Positions 47,892 through 56,845 of a stretch of 64,000 nt of DNA are shown here, piece by piece. The stretch lies in contig JAQTSY010000003.1 of assembly GCA_028711065.1 (NCBI GenBank), positions 65,136 to 129,135 on the forward strand, given 5' to 3'. Origin of the DNA: Minisyncoccota bacterium. Its GTDB lineage: Bacteria; Patescibacteriota; Minisyncoccia; Phycocordibacterales; JAQTLZ01. A model generated the notes under the pieces. The model had not been told where the DNA came from and made no database searches. It was given only the letters and a program-made list of their open reading frames with translations. Both the position numbers and the translations under genes were made by a program. How positions within the stretch are numbered: the stretch's first letter is position 1; each line of letters starts with the position of its first letter.

Positions 47892-48554
47892 TTAGAGATC
47901 TGTGCTCCCAGAAAAATCAGCTTCGACAACGTAGCGCTGTTGTTTTGTGCCGAAAGTGTCGCACGTAGAGAGCGTGAGCATCTTTCTTTGTGTAGAAAAC
48001 TCCACAAGTGCCTTGCTCGCATCCACAAGAGTTACTTTAGAAACAATGTACGAATAATCTTTGGTCTGGGAGAGAACATGGATTACATCGCCCCGTTTTA
48101 AAACTTTAATCTGGGTAAATACTTTGAAAGCTTGATTATGGATAACGGAAAGATTCGATCCGTGACCGAAAAGAAACATATTCCCCACTCCCAGATATCC
48201 AGAGCCCGGATAATGGACGACGCCTTTCAATAGTTCGTTATCTAGGGCGTCAATATCGGTAGTCGAAGGATTTCGTATCGGAGAATCGACTCCAATATTT
48301 GCGATTTTAATGCGGATAGGCTCCTCACCTTGGGCAGTGGCAGCCGGCGTGGACGAGGTTCCTGAAGCAGAAACAATTTCAGTCGGGCTCGGCAGAGACG
48401 GCTCCTCATTGGTCGGTGCAAGCTCGAGAGGAATAAACCCAAGGGCATACAGAATTCCGAAAGATACAAAAAAGACGGCGAAAAATATTCCAAGAAACAA
48501 GAGCTTGTTCTTAAAAGAACTGTCTGTAATGAGATTACCTTTGTTCGATGACAT
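47892..48554 (-). CDS. Sortase-family transpeptidase
   Basis: N-terminal TM anchor; catalytic His (FGHGSN) and the TLSTC active-site Cys motif (LTLSTCDTFG). Confidence 0.7.
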   Translation of the reverse strand: MSSNKGNLITDSSFKNKLLFLGIFFAVFFVSFGILYALGFIPLELAPTNEEPSLPSPTEIVSASGTSSTPAATAQGEEPIRIKIANIGVDSPIRNPSTTDIDALDNELLKGVVHYPGSGYLGVGNMFLFGHGSNLSVIHNQAFKVFTQIKVLKRGDVIHVLSQTKDYSYIVSKVTLVDASKALVEFSTQRKMLTLSTCDTFGTKQQRYVVEADFSGSTDL

Positions 48555-48607
48555 TTTTTAAATATAGCACGAAAGATGTAATTCGTCGTTTCTCCTTGCG
48601 ACCACAG

Positions 48608-48636
48608 TTGACATTAAATAAATAGTATCATATAAT
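48608..48636 (+). promoter_or_regulatory. Consensus sigma-70 promoter (TTGACA-17-TATAAT), probably giving a leaderless mRNA
   Basis: -10 ends 8 nt before the ATG at 48645. Confidence 0.5.
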
Positions 48637-48644
48637 ACCCTATT

Positions 48645-49910
48645 ATGGAAAACGACGAACATAAGCCGGATGTGGAGGTAAATTTCCACGAAGAACCTCC
48701 CAAAAAGAATGGGACGGGAGAATTTGTGAAAAAGGCCTTAATAATCGCGCTTATCATTATTCTTATCATCGTAGGAAGCTGGGGAGTTATCAAATTGGCT
48801 CCTTCTATTTTCTCTTCTCTTGCCTCCGTTTCCGTCTCTGTCTCTTCTATTTTTAAACCGAAAGCAACTCCTAAGCCTTCCCCTTCACCAGTAACTACAC
48901 CGACTCCGGTGATTATCGAAAGCACCCCAACACCGACCCCTGCTCCTGTTGTTTCTTACCCAGATAATTCTGGAACTACCGACTACACGCCAACTCCAAC
49001 ACCATATACCGAATACAATACCTACAATCAAAACACGAAGGCTGATTTAGTTTTGCATATTCTCGCGACCGGAGTCATCGACCGAAACACAAATGTATTC
49101 GTCACTCGCCCTTCAATAGACGCCAGTGAGCGCGCAGCTGTCCGATTTGAAGTCATTAACAACGGCGGACAAGCAAGCGGACCTTGGACATTCAGTATGC
49201 TCATGCCGGTTACTGCCGGAAAAGATGTATACGCTTCTCCGATAGAACGCTCACTCACCCCTGGAGATAGAATGGAAATCACTGTTGGCTTCGACAATAT
49301 CCGCTCTGGACGACAGCCTGTCACGATAAGTGTTGACGAAGGAGGTCTTGTTTCAGAATCAAGAAAAGACAATAACGCAAGCACCGTGTATTTCAGCGTA
49401 ACAGGAAATAATTTCTACCAAAATGCAGACCTCTACTATCCTGGTATAAATAATTATTACGGAAATGGACTTCCTGATCTTGCTATCCGAGTTATCGGCA
49501 TTGGCATTATGGATCCATACACTGGGGCATTTCGACCCACAGGACAGCTCTATTCAAGCCAGAGAATTGGAGTGCAGTTCGAAGTAAGAAATGATGGAAG
49601 TCGTCCGACAGGAAGCTGGACATTTAGCGCTAATCTCCCTTCAAATACGGATAGTTTTTACACATCAGGATATGAACCTTCGCTCGCTCCAGGAGAAAGA
49701 ATTATCCTCACGATTGGATTTGATGGTCTCGACACGAACTATTCAGACAATAATTACGACTACAACTATTACAATGATAATTATCCTTACAACACGTACC
49801 GAGATAACTACACCGCTCCTATGACAATCACCGTTGATCAAAATCATAGAATTCAGGAGTTGAATGAAAATAACAATACTTTGAGGATCTCGATTCCAAT
49901 CGTATACTAA
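48645..49910 (+). CDS. Membrane-anchored surface protein with two CARDB-like domains and a Pro/Thr-rich stalk
   Basis: N-terminal TM helix; two repeats with the CARDB pattern (DL..........V.N.G...G.W......LAPGE....DE..NNN). Confidence 0.65.
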   Translation: MENDEHKPDVEVNFHEEPPKKNGTGEFVKKALIIALIIILIIVGSWGVIKLAPSIFSSLASVSVSVSSIFKPKATPKPSPSPVTTPTPVIIESTPTPTPAPVVSYPDNSGTTDYTPTPTPYTEYNTYNQNTKADLVLHILATGVIDRNTNVFVTRPSIDASERAAVRFEVINNGGQASGPWTFSMLMPVTAGKDVYASPIERSLTPGDRMEITVGFDNIRSGRQPVTISVDEGGLVSESRKDNNASTVYFSVTGNNFYQNADLYYPGINNYYGNGLPDLAIRVIGIGIMDPYTGAFRPTGQLYSSQRIGVQFEVRNDGSRPTGSWTFSANLPSNTDSFYTSGYEPSLAPGERIILTIGFDGLDTNYSDNNYDYNYYNDNYPYNTYRDNYTAPMTITVDQNHRIQELNENNNTLRISIPIVY

Positions 49911-49930
49911 ATAAAAAAAAGCCCCGCGAC

Positions 49931-49972
49931 ATGATTTTGCTAAATCAGTCGCGGGGCTTTTTGATTTAATTT
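49931..49972. terminator. Bidirectional intrinsic terminator
   Basis: A8-GCCCCGCGAC-...-GTCGCGGGGC-T5. Confidence 0.75.
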
Positions 49973-52034
49973 AGATATCTATATTCGCCAATTTCGCATT
50001 GCTTTGAATAAACGATTTTCGTGCCGGCACATCCGTACCCATGAGAATGTCGAATACTTTGTCCGCCTCTTGGGCATCATCAATTGCAACTTGTTTCAAA
50101 ATGCGTCTTGCAGGATCCATCGTTGTCTCCCAAAGTTCTTCCGCATTCATTTCTCCAAGACCTTTGTAACGCTGAATTGCAATTTTTGCTGATTTCTTTG
50201 TATTTGCTTTTGTGTCCTCCGCTTCCTCTTCGGCTTCTTCACCATCAGCAAGTGATTCTGAAGTTTCTTCAATTTCTGCAGAAGCGTTTTTGCCGACAAT
50301 CTTTACTTTGTCCTCATCCGAATAGGCGTAATGAATTTCTTTTCCTTTCTTGATTTTATACAGAGGCGGTTGGGCGATATAGATAAATCCCCCATCAATG
50401 AGCGGACGGAAATATCGGTAGAAGAGAGTGAGAAGAAGCGTGCGGATGTGTGCACCGTCCACATCGGCATCGGTTGCGATGATAATTTTATGATAGCGCA
50501 GTTTACTGATATCGAATGTGTCGCCGATAGCAGTACCCACAGCAACGACAAGATTTTTGATCTGCTCTGATGCGAGCATCTTATCGAGTCGAGCTCGTTC
50601 GATATTTAGGATTTTTCCTCGTAGCGGAAGCACTGCCTGTACTCGCCTGTCTCGGCCAGTCTTTGCAGTACCTCCTGCGGAATCTCCCTCTACAATGAAG
50701 ACTTCAGATTCTGATGCGTCTTTTGACTGGCAATCTGCAAGCTTTCCTGGCAATGTCATTCCTTCAAGCGCGCCTTTTCGAAGCACGCTGTCTTTCGCAG
50801 CCTTAGCGGCTTTTCGAGCCTTCATAGCAAGCACTGCCTTGCTTATGATAGCCCGGCCATCATCAGGGTGTTCTTCCAGAAATGCGCTAAATGCCTCGCC
50901 GAAAACAGTGCTTACTGCTGACTGGGCTTCCACGGTTCCGAGTTTAGCTTTCGTCTGACCTTCAAATTGGATTTCGCGGATCTTTACCGAAACGACGGCA
51001 GTGAGTCCTTCGAGCACATCGTCCCCAGTGAAATTATCTTCGCTTTTTCCCCCTCCATTTTTATTAGAATAACTATTGAGTGTTCGGGTAAGCGAGGTTT
51101 TGAATCCTGTGATATGCGTTCCCCCTTCAGAGTTGTAGATGTTGTTTGCGAAAGCAAGTACGCGAGAACTGATGTCGTCAACATACTGAAGCGCAACTTC
51201 TACCGCCACATTATCCACCTCTTTCTCAACATAGAAAATATTTTTATGTACCGGCTTTTGAGTTTGGTTATAGAACTTAATCAAGGACATTAGTCCCCCT
51301 TCAAAATAGAAAGTGAACGAAGGGAGGTCTCGCCCAAGCTCTCGGAAATAAAAGACATCGGTCAAATCTACTTTTTCAAGATCTTTCGATTCCCTCGCGT
51401 CAATGACAGCAATTTTGAGACCCTTCACAAGATACGCCTGCTGTCGCATATGAGAAACGATCTTGTTCCATTCAAATTTTATTTCCTTGAAGATTTCGAT
51501 GTCTGGCTCGAAGGTAACAATCGTTCCGTGAAGTTTTGATGCGCCGATCTTCTTGACTGCCGCTTTTTTCTTTCCCTGCTTGTACTCCTGCATGTATTTC
51601 CCGCCGTCTCGATGCACAACAACTTGAGTGTAAATAGAAAGCGCATTCACCACAGACGCGCCCACGCCGTGCAATCCACCGGAAACTTTGTATCCTTCCC
51701 CACCGAACTTTCCTCCGGCATGAAGCGTAGTCATGATCGTCTCAAGCGCGGAAACTTTTGTAGATTTATGAATATCAACTGGAATACCTCGGCCGTTGTC
51801 TACGACTCGCACTTTATTTCCTGGCAATAAAACAATTTCAATGTCATTGGCAAAACCACCCATCGCCTCGTCGCGGGAGTTATCGAAAATTTCAGTGATG
51901 AGATGGTGGAGTCCATCCGGTCCTGTGGTACCTATATACATCCCAGGACGCTTTCGTACAGGCTCAAGACCCTCAAGAACAGTAATATCTTGAGCGCTAT
52001 ATGAACCTTTTGTTTTGACTTCTTCTTTAGGCAT
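49971..52034 (-). CDS. gyrB: DNA gyrase subunit B
   Basis: GHKL ATPase N-terminus (LHHLITEIFDNSRDEA), TOPRIM (EGDSAGG) and a C-terminal tail with an acidic insertion. Confidence 0.9.
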   Translation of the reverse strand: MPKEEVKTKGSYSAQDITVLEGLEPVRKRPGMYIGTTGPDGLHHLITEIFDNSRDEAMGGFANDIEIVLLPGNKVRVVDNGRGIPVDIHKSTKVSALETIMTTLHAGGKFGGEGYKVSGGLHGVGASVVNALSIYTQVVVHRDGGKYMQEYKQGKKKAAVKKIGASKLHGTIVTFEPDIEIFKEIKFEWNKIVSHMRQQAYLVKGLKIAVIDARESKDLEKVDLTDVFYFRELGRDLPSFTFYFEGGLMSLIKFYNQTQKPVHKNIFYVEKEVDNVAVEVALQYVDDISSRVLAFANNIYNSEGGTHITGFKTSLTRTLNSYSNKNGGGKSEDNFTGDDVLEGLTAVVSVKIREIQFEGQTKAKLGTVEAQSAVSTVFGEAFSAFLEEHPDDGRAIISKAVLAMKARKAAKAAKDSVLRKGALEGMTLPGKLADCQSKDASESEVFIVEGDSAGGTAKTGRDRRVQAVLPLRGKILNIERARLDKMLASEQIKNLVVAVGTAIGDTFDISKLRYHKIIIATDADVDGAHIRTLLLTLFYRYFRPLIDGGFIYIAQPPLYKIKKGKEIHYAYSDEDKVKIVGKNASAEIEETSESLADGEEAEEEAEDTKANTKKSAKIAIQRYKGLGEMNAEELWETTMDPARRILKQVAIDDAQEADKVFDILMGTDVPARKSFIQSNAKLANIDI

Positions 52035-52345
52035 TTATGAGCAAAAATACAAACAAAAAAGCACCCTTTTGGTACTCTTATTATAGCAAATTTAGCCTTA
52101 AAATGAAAGGGCTTTTTTGCTCTTTTGTGAACAGTTTTTGGAGAGTTTTTCAGCCTCAAAACCTTGCTATTTTTTACAAGATATTGTCTAAAAATCTAAT
52201 CCCCAACAAAGCAACAACTAAGCCACAGCTTCTCCACAGGCTTATGCACAAAACTAATTTGCGGGTTTTTTATACAAATGCATATAGTGTAAAAAGATGC
52301 GGAGATAAGGGGGGATAACCAAGTACATTTTGAAGGGAGAAAGTC

Positions 52346-52555
52346 ATGCAACTGGCATGTGACAAACGGCAAGAGAACCTCTCTCTACTCCTATCAAAAC
52401 CGCGAGGTGCGGTAGGTGCAGAAAGAAGTAGCCTTTCCGGGTGTTCAAGAAGTGTCGTCGAGATTCTCACTTGCGGGAGAAAAAGGCCGCCGCGGGTGAA
52501 AAATCCTGGATGCTACCTTGCAACACATGTAGCAATCCATTTCAACCTTCCGTGA
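52346..52555 (+). CDS. Candidate small basic Cys-containing protein (69 aa), or part of an ncRNA
   Basis: GAAGGGAGA SD-like sequence 8 nt upstream; immediately followed by a plus-strand intrinsic terminator; GC-rich; no homology recognisable. Confidence 0.25.
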   Translation: MQLACDKRQENLSLLLSKPRGAVGAERSSLSGCSRSVVEILTCGRKRPPRVKNPGCYLATHVAIHFNLP

Positions 52556-52561
52556 CACAAT

Positions 52562-52606
52562 CTGTTCTGTTTCGCCACCGACAGCGATACAGAACAGTTT
52601 TATTTT
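52562..52606 (+). terminator. Plus-strand intrinsic terminator inside the gyrB-pheT intergenic region
   Basis: CTGTTCTGT-N18-ACAGAACAG plus TTTTATTTT; no T-tract on the opposite strand. Confidence 0.55.
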
Positions 52607-54543
52607 CTCAATTCGAAATTCTCCTTCTCCAGCGCTTCATAGACCTTCTCCATAAATCCATTCGCCTCGCTGTCTGTGAGTGTTTTTTCGTATGATTGGA
52701 AGACTAGGCGGAATGCCAGGGATTTCTTGTCTCCTTTTTCGAATACATCAAAAAGTTCCGGTCCCCGAACAACCAAATCCCCTGCTGATTGTTTGATTAT
52801 ATTTTGTACATCGACCTCTTTCGTAGCAGATGGGACAAAAAGCGCTACATCGCGAACAATGAACGGGAAAGGAGAAGGTTTTTTGTAGACAACTTCTGTC
52901 GCTTTGGCAAAATCATATTCTTTTGGTTCAGACAATTTTTCAATGCACACATCTAGATTAGCTTCCATAACATTTCCCGTGAGATTATGCGCCTCTGGAG
53001 CATCTCCTATTCCTGTCTTAAATGCGGAGGCGATTTTATCAAATTCAGCTTTTATAATCGCCTCACGGTTCTTTTTCATCCCTGTTTGAAATCCAATACC
53101 AAGTGCTGTATGTTCACCAGCTCCTTTTGAAAAAACTTTCCCTATCTCAAAAATACGAATTTCAGACAGACCAAGAAGAGGAGCTTCCAACACGCCTTGC
53201 AGCAAAGAATTTGTTAGTCCTGCCAAATTTTTTCGCAAGAACGCCTTATCTGTCGCAAGCGGGTTTTCAAGTTCTACTTCCCCACTCTCCTGAAGCGCGT
53301 ATGTGTAAACTTCGGTAAATCCCAGATTCGTGAGCACGTCTCGGAATTTGTTTTGGTAATAGACATTTTTATTGACCATGGAAGATTTCTGCATTTTCTC
53401 CATTGGTACGGGCTTAATGTTCTCGTATCCATACAATCTGCCAATCTCCTCGACAATATCTTCTGGCATTTCCAGATCAAGGCGCACGAATGGGATTGTA
53501 AGGGAAAGATTTTTACCTTTTTTCGTTACGCCGATTTCAAGCCGATTTAAAAGTTCAATAACCTTTGCTTCGCTAATTTCAACTCCTAAGAGCTTACTCG
53601 CCAGACTCGGATCAAAATCAATCACAGTTTGCTTTGCAGGGTTTGGATAGACATCTACAAGAGGCCCAATTTTGAATGGACTTTTTATGCAGTATTGAAG
53701 GAAAAATGTGAGCATCTCAATTCCGCTTGAAGCAAGCTCCGGAGTTATCTCATTTTCATAGCGCTTTGAAGCATCTGTCTTGATTCCAAGCCGAGTAGAA
53801 GTTTTGCGTACGTTTACCGGATCAAAATTGGCAGATTCTAAGATGAGGTTTTTGGTCGCCATTGTGACTTCCGCACGCTTCCCGCCTTTGACCCCCGCAA
53901 TAGCAATTGGTCCTTCGTCGTCAGCAATCACAAGCGTTTCAGCATCGAGAGTAATATCTTTGTAATCAAGTGTAGTGATTTTTTCCCCCTTTTTTGCGAG
54001 ACGTACTGTAATTCCCCCCACCACTTTATCCGCATCAAAAGCATGAAGCGGCTGACCGACATCGAACATCGCTCCGTTGGCATTATCAACAACAACATTT
54101 ATTGGTCGCTGGCCAACAACCGCTAAATCAGCCGAAAGCCAATCAGGCGAATCAGTAACAACCACATCTTCAATAACACGTCCGATGTATCGGCGACAGA
54201 GTTTCGGCTCTTCTATCTTTATTTTCAAGTCACGAACCTTAGCAATAGGAAACACTTTCGGCTCGATTTTTTTGAGTGGAATTCCAGTGATAGCAGAAAG
54301 CTCTCCGGCAACGCCTCGGTGTGAAAGACAATAATGTGCTCGGTCAGGAAGAATCTTCACATCCAAAGTCACATTTTCTCCCTTTTTCTCAATTCCTTCA
54401 ACCTCAAATGCATGAAAAGTGAAAAGCTTGGCGACCTCTTCCGGCGAAGGGAAGGCTTGGCCTGCCCCGTTAGAAGTAGGACTTGCTCCGTCAGTTCTGA
54501 CGGGGTCGAAATACATTGTGAGCCATTTGTAGGAGATGAGCAT
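52600..54543 (-). CDS. pheT: Phenylalanyl-tRNA synthetase beta subunit (short form lacking the N-terminal tRNA-binding domain)
   Basis: B3/B4 and B5 domains plus a C-terminal catalytic-like domain and anticodon-binding fold; 647 aa. Confidence 0.9.
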   Translation of the reverse strand: MLISYKWLTMYFDPVRTDGASPTSNGAGQAFPSPEEVAKLFTFHAFEVEGIEKKGENVTLDVKILPDRAHYCLSHRGVAGELSAITGIPLKKIEPKVFPIAKVRDLKIKIEEPKLCRRYIGRVIEDVVVTDSPDWLSADLAVVGQRPINVVVDNANGAMFDVGQPLHAFDADKVVGGITVRLAKKGEKITTLDYKDITLDAETLVIADDEGPIAIAGVKGGKRAEVTMATKNLILESANFDPVNVRKTSTRLGIKTDASKRYENEITPELASSGIEMLTFFLQYCIKSPFKIGPLVDVYPNPAKQTVIDFDPSLASKLLGVEISEAKVIELLNRLEIGVTKKGKNLSLTIPFVRLDLEMPEDIVEEIGRLYGYENIKPVPMEKMQKSSMVNKNVYYQNKFRDVLTNLGFTEVYTYALQESGEVELENPLATDKAFLRKNLAGLTNSLLQGVLEAPLLGLSEIRIFEIGKVFSKGAGEHTALGIGFQTGMKKNREAIIKAEFDKIASAFKTGIGDAPEAHNLTGNVMEANLDVCIEKLSEPKEYDFAKATEVVYKKPSPFPFIVRDVALFVPSATKEVDVQNIIKQSAGDLVVRGPELFDVFEKGDKKSLAFRLVFQSYEKTLTDSEANGFMEKVYEALEKENFELRK

Positions 54544-54554
54544 AGGAATTTACA

Positions 54555-55157
54555 TTAATCCATTTGTAAATGATGGGCATCATCTCTCTTTCGACGAATA
54601 TATTCTATAAAATCCTCTGGGACTCTGCTATCACTCCTCCATTTATGCCCTAGAGACTCAATCTCTCTCAACTTTTCATCTCTCTCTGATCTATCACCCC
54701 CTCGAAATCTTAAATGAAATTTATACTCCTTTCCGTCGGCTTCATCGGTTATAACATCTTCGATCGGTATGTCCCAGACCCTAATGCCACAGACCTTATC
54801 CAACCACTCCAAAACAGCTTCCATGTCGGGTGAAATTAAGTCAAATCTGCTTATCTCTCTTTTCTTTACGAGCTCATTTTCACGACGATTTCGAGAGTGA
54901 AACTTCTTAAGAAAGTTCCGTAACTCAATTTTTTCAAAGTTAGAGAGATTTTCAACACCAAAGATTTCAGAAAGTCTGAGTTCCGCAGAAATCAATGCTG
55001 CCGAAAGGTGCTCGGCTTCAGTGGGTTCTTTTCCAGAATCAATATTCAGAAATTCAAACTCCTGCCTACTTTTATCGGACCTTCGTTCTTCCCGAGCTTT
55101 TTGTAAGTCGAGTGCAACTTTTTTCTTTTCGTTTAGATCTGGAACTTTTTCGGACAT
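54555..55157 (-). CDS. Uncharacterised charged protein inserted between pheS and pheT
   Basis: 200 aa, K/R/E-rich N-terminal half; AT-richer than its neighbours; 2-nt and 11-nt gaps to the flanking genes. Confidence 0.5.
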   Translation of the reverse strand: MSEKVPDLNEKKKVALDLQKAREERRSDKSRQEFEFLNIDSGKEPTEAEHLSAALISAELRLSEIFGVENLSNFEKIELRNFLKKFHSRNRRENELVKKREISRFDLISPDMEAVLEWLDKVCGIRVWDIPIEDVITDEADGKEYKFHLRFRGGDRSERDEKLREIESLGHKWRSDSRVPEDFIEYIRRKRDDAHHLQMD

Positions 55158-55159
55158 AA

Positions 55160-55912
55160 TTATTTTTTAGGTTGCCACAAACGTAAATCTCCAGAATAAA
55201 GCGAACGAATGTCATCCACGCCATATTTGAGCATCACGAGACGATCCAGTCCAAAACCGAAGGCAAAACCGGTGTATTTTGTGTGATCAATGCCGACACC
55301 TTCGAGTACTTTTGGATTAACCATACCCCCGCCCATGACTTCTATCCAACCAGTGCCTTTGCAAAGCGGGCAGGTAGAATCTTTTCCGTTGCACTTAAAG
55401 CAAGAAACATCGATTTCCACACTCGGCTCGGTAAAGGGGAAAAAGCTGGGACGAAATCGGACATCAGCATCCGGACCATAGAGCTTTTTAAAAAAAGTAA
55501 TGAGCACTGATTTCATATTCGCGAGCGTAATTCCCTCACCAACCGCGAGCCCTTCCATCTGAAAAAATTGCGCTTCATGCGTTGCATCGGTGGCTTCATG
55601 GCGGAAAGTTTTGCCCGGAACAATAATGCGAATTGGCAAATTATTTTTATGCTTCTCCATATAGCGAATCTGCACCGGAGACGTATGTGTTCGTAAGAGT
55701 TTGCGAGCACTTATAGGTTTCAGCCAGAACGTATCCCACAAATCTCGTGCTGGATGATTGGCGGGAATATTCAAAGCATCGAAATTGTAATGTTCGGTCT
55801 CGATTTCCGGCCCTTCCGCCACCTCGAATCCAAGATCATTCCAAATCGAAACCGCCTGCCGAATGGTCTGGGTGATTGGATGCAAATATCCTTTTTTACT
55901 TTTTGTCTCCAC
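55160..55912 (-). CDS. pheS: Phenylalanyl-tRNA synthetase alpha subunit (catalytic core only)
   Basis: Class II motifs (FRPSFFPFTEP, GFAFGFGLDRL); lacks the N-terminal coiled-coil extension. Confidence 0.9.
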   Translation of the reverse strand: METKSKKGYLHPITQTIRQAVSIWNDLGFEVAEGPEIETEHYNFDALNIPANHPARDLWDTFWLKPISARKLLRTHTSPVQIRYMEKHKNNLPIRIIVPGKTFRHEATDATHEAQFFQMEGLAVGEGITLANMKSVLITFFKKLYGPDADVRFRPSFFPFTEPSVEIDVSCFKCNGKDSTCPLCKGTGWIEVMGGGMVNPKVLEGVGIDHTKYTGFAFGFGLDRLVMLKYGVDDIRSLYSGDLRLWQPKK

Positions 55913-55924
55913 GCTTATAGTATA

Positions 55925-56785
55925 TTACAAATTTATCTTTGATATATTGGCACTATCTTTCAAATAAATGACGCCGTTTGAAACTCTAAAATCCGCCGTT
56001 TTCGTCGGATAAACTAAAACTGCATTTTGGGGAAATGTTGTATCAAGTTCTACCGCTTCTATGCCCTCTTTTGTTTCAAGTAACACCACATCGGTACGAC
56101 GTGGCAAAAATTCAAGATGGGATTTCGGCAAAATATTTGTATAAATAGTGGAAGTTGCGATAGTATCTGTCCCGCACAAAACGGCATGACAGAAAAAGTA
56201 AGGCATTGAATTGGTATCTCCGAGCCAGACAGCCTCTAATTGAGTTCCTGTCTCAAAAACCACAAGATTCCCATTCCGAAGAGCGTCTTCTCCGTAAGGC
56301 AGCGTAGTTGTAGCGAGAGTCTTCTTTACCAGAGGTTTTTGGAAAAGAAGCAGAGCGTCTGCATAATCAGGATTTTTTATTTTTGTGCTCGTGGCGGTTG
56401 AAGTTGAAAATTCAGGAATCACTACAGGCTCAATATTCAGAGGAATAAGAAACGGATGTCCTTCCGCAACAAATCCTTCTTTTACTTCAATATCTTTCTT
56501 CCAAGAAGAAAAATCTGCCTTTGAAACGGAAATCTCATACTTCCCTTCTGTGAGTCCATCGAGGAAAGTCCCCCTCTGAAAAATCCCACTTTTCTGCATG
56601 AGAACTCCATTCAAAGAGACGTCTGCGTTGCTTTCCGAAGCATAGACATAAATACCTCCTGTTTCGGCGACTTTCCAATCTTTGGTAATTCTGTACCCAT
56701 TGGCGTAGAAAACGAGGACAGGAATAAGCACGAAGAAAATCAGGCAAAAAGAATAGAAATAGAGCCTTCTTCTGCGAAGAGACAT
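55925..56785 (-). CDS. Membrane-anchored PEGA-domain protein
   Basis: N-terminal TM (LYFYSFCLIFFVLIPVLVFY); PEGA-like LTEGKYEISVSKADFSSWKKDIEVKEG; start uncertain (the ORF extends to 56815). Confidence 0.5.
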   Translation of the reverse strand: MSLRRRRLYFYSFCLIFFVLIPVLVFYANGYRITKDWKVAETGGIYVYASESNADVSLNGVLMQKSGIFQRGTFLDGLTEGKYEISVSKADFSSWKKDIEVKEGFVAEGHPFLIPLNIEPVVIPEFSTSTATSTKIKNPDYADALLLFQKPLVKKTLATTTLPYGEDALRNGNLVVFETGTQLEAVWLGDTNSMPYFFCHAVLCGTDTIATSTIYTNILPKSHLEFLPRRTDVVLLETKEGIEAVELDTTFPQNAVLVYPTKTADFRVSNGVIYLKDSANISKINL

Positions 56786-56845
56786 GTGCGGCATATAGGA
56801 GGATATTATACACAAAACCGGCTTCTTTTACAGAGACAGTATTCC

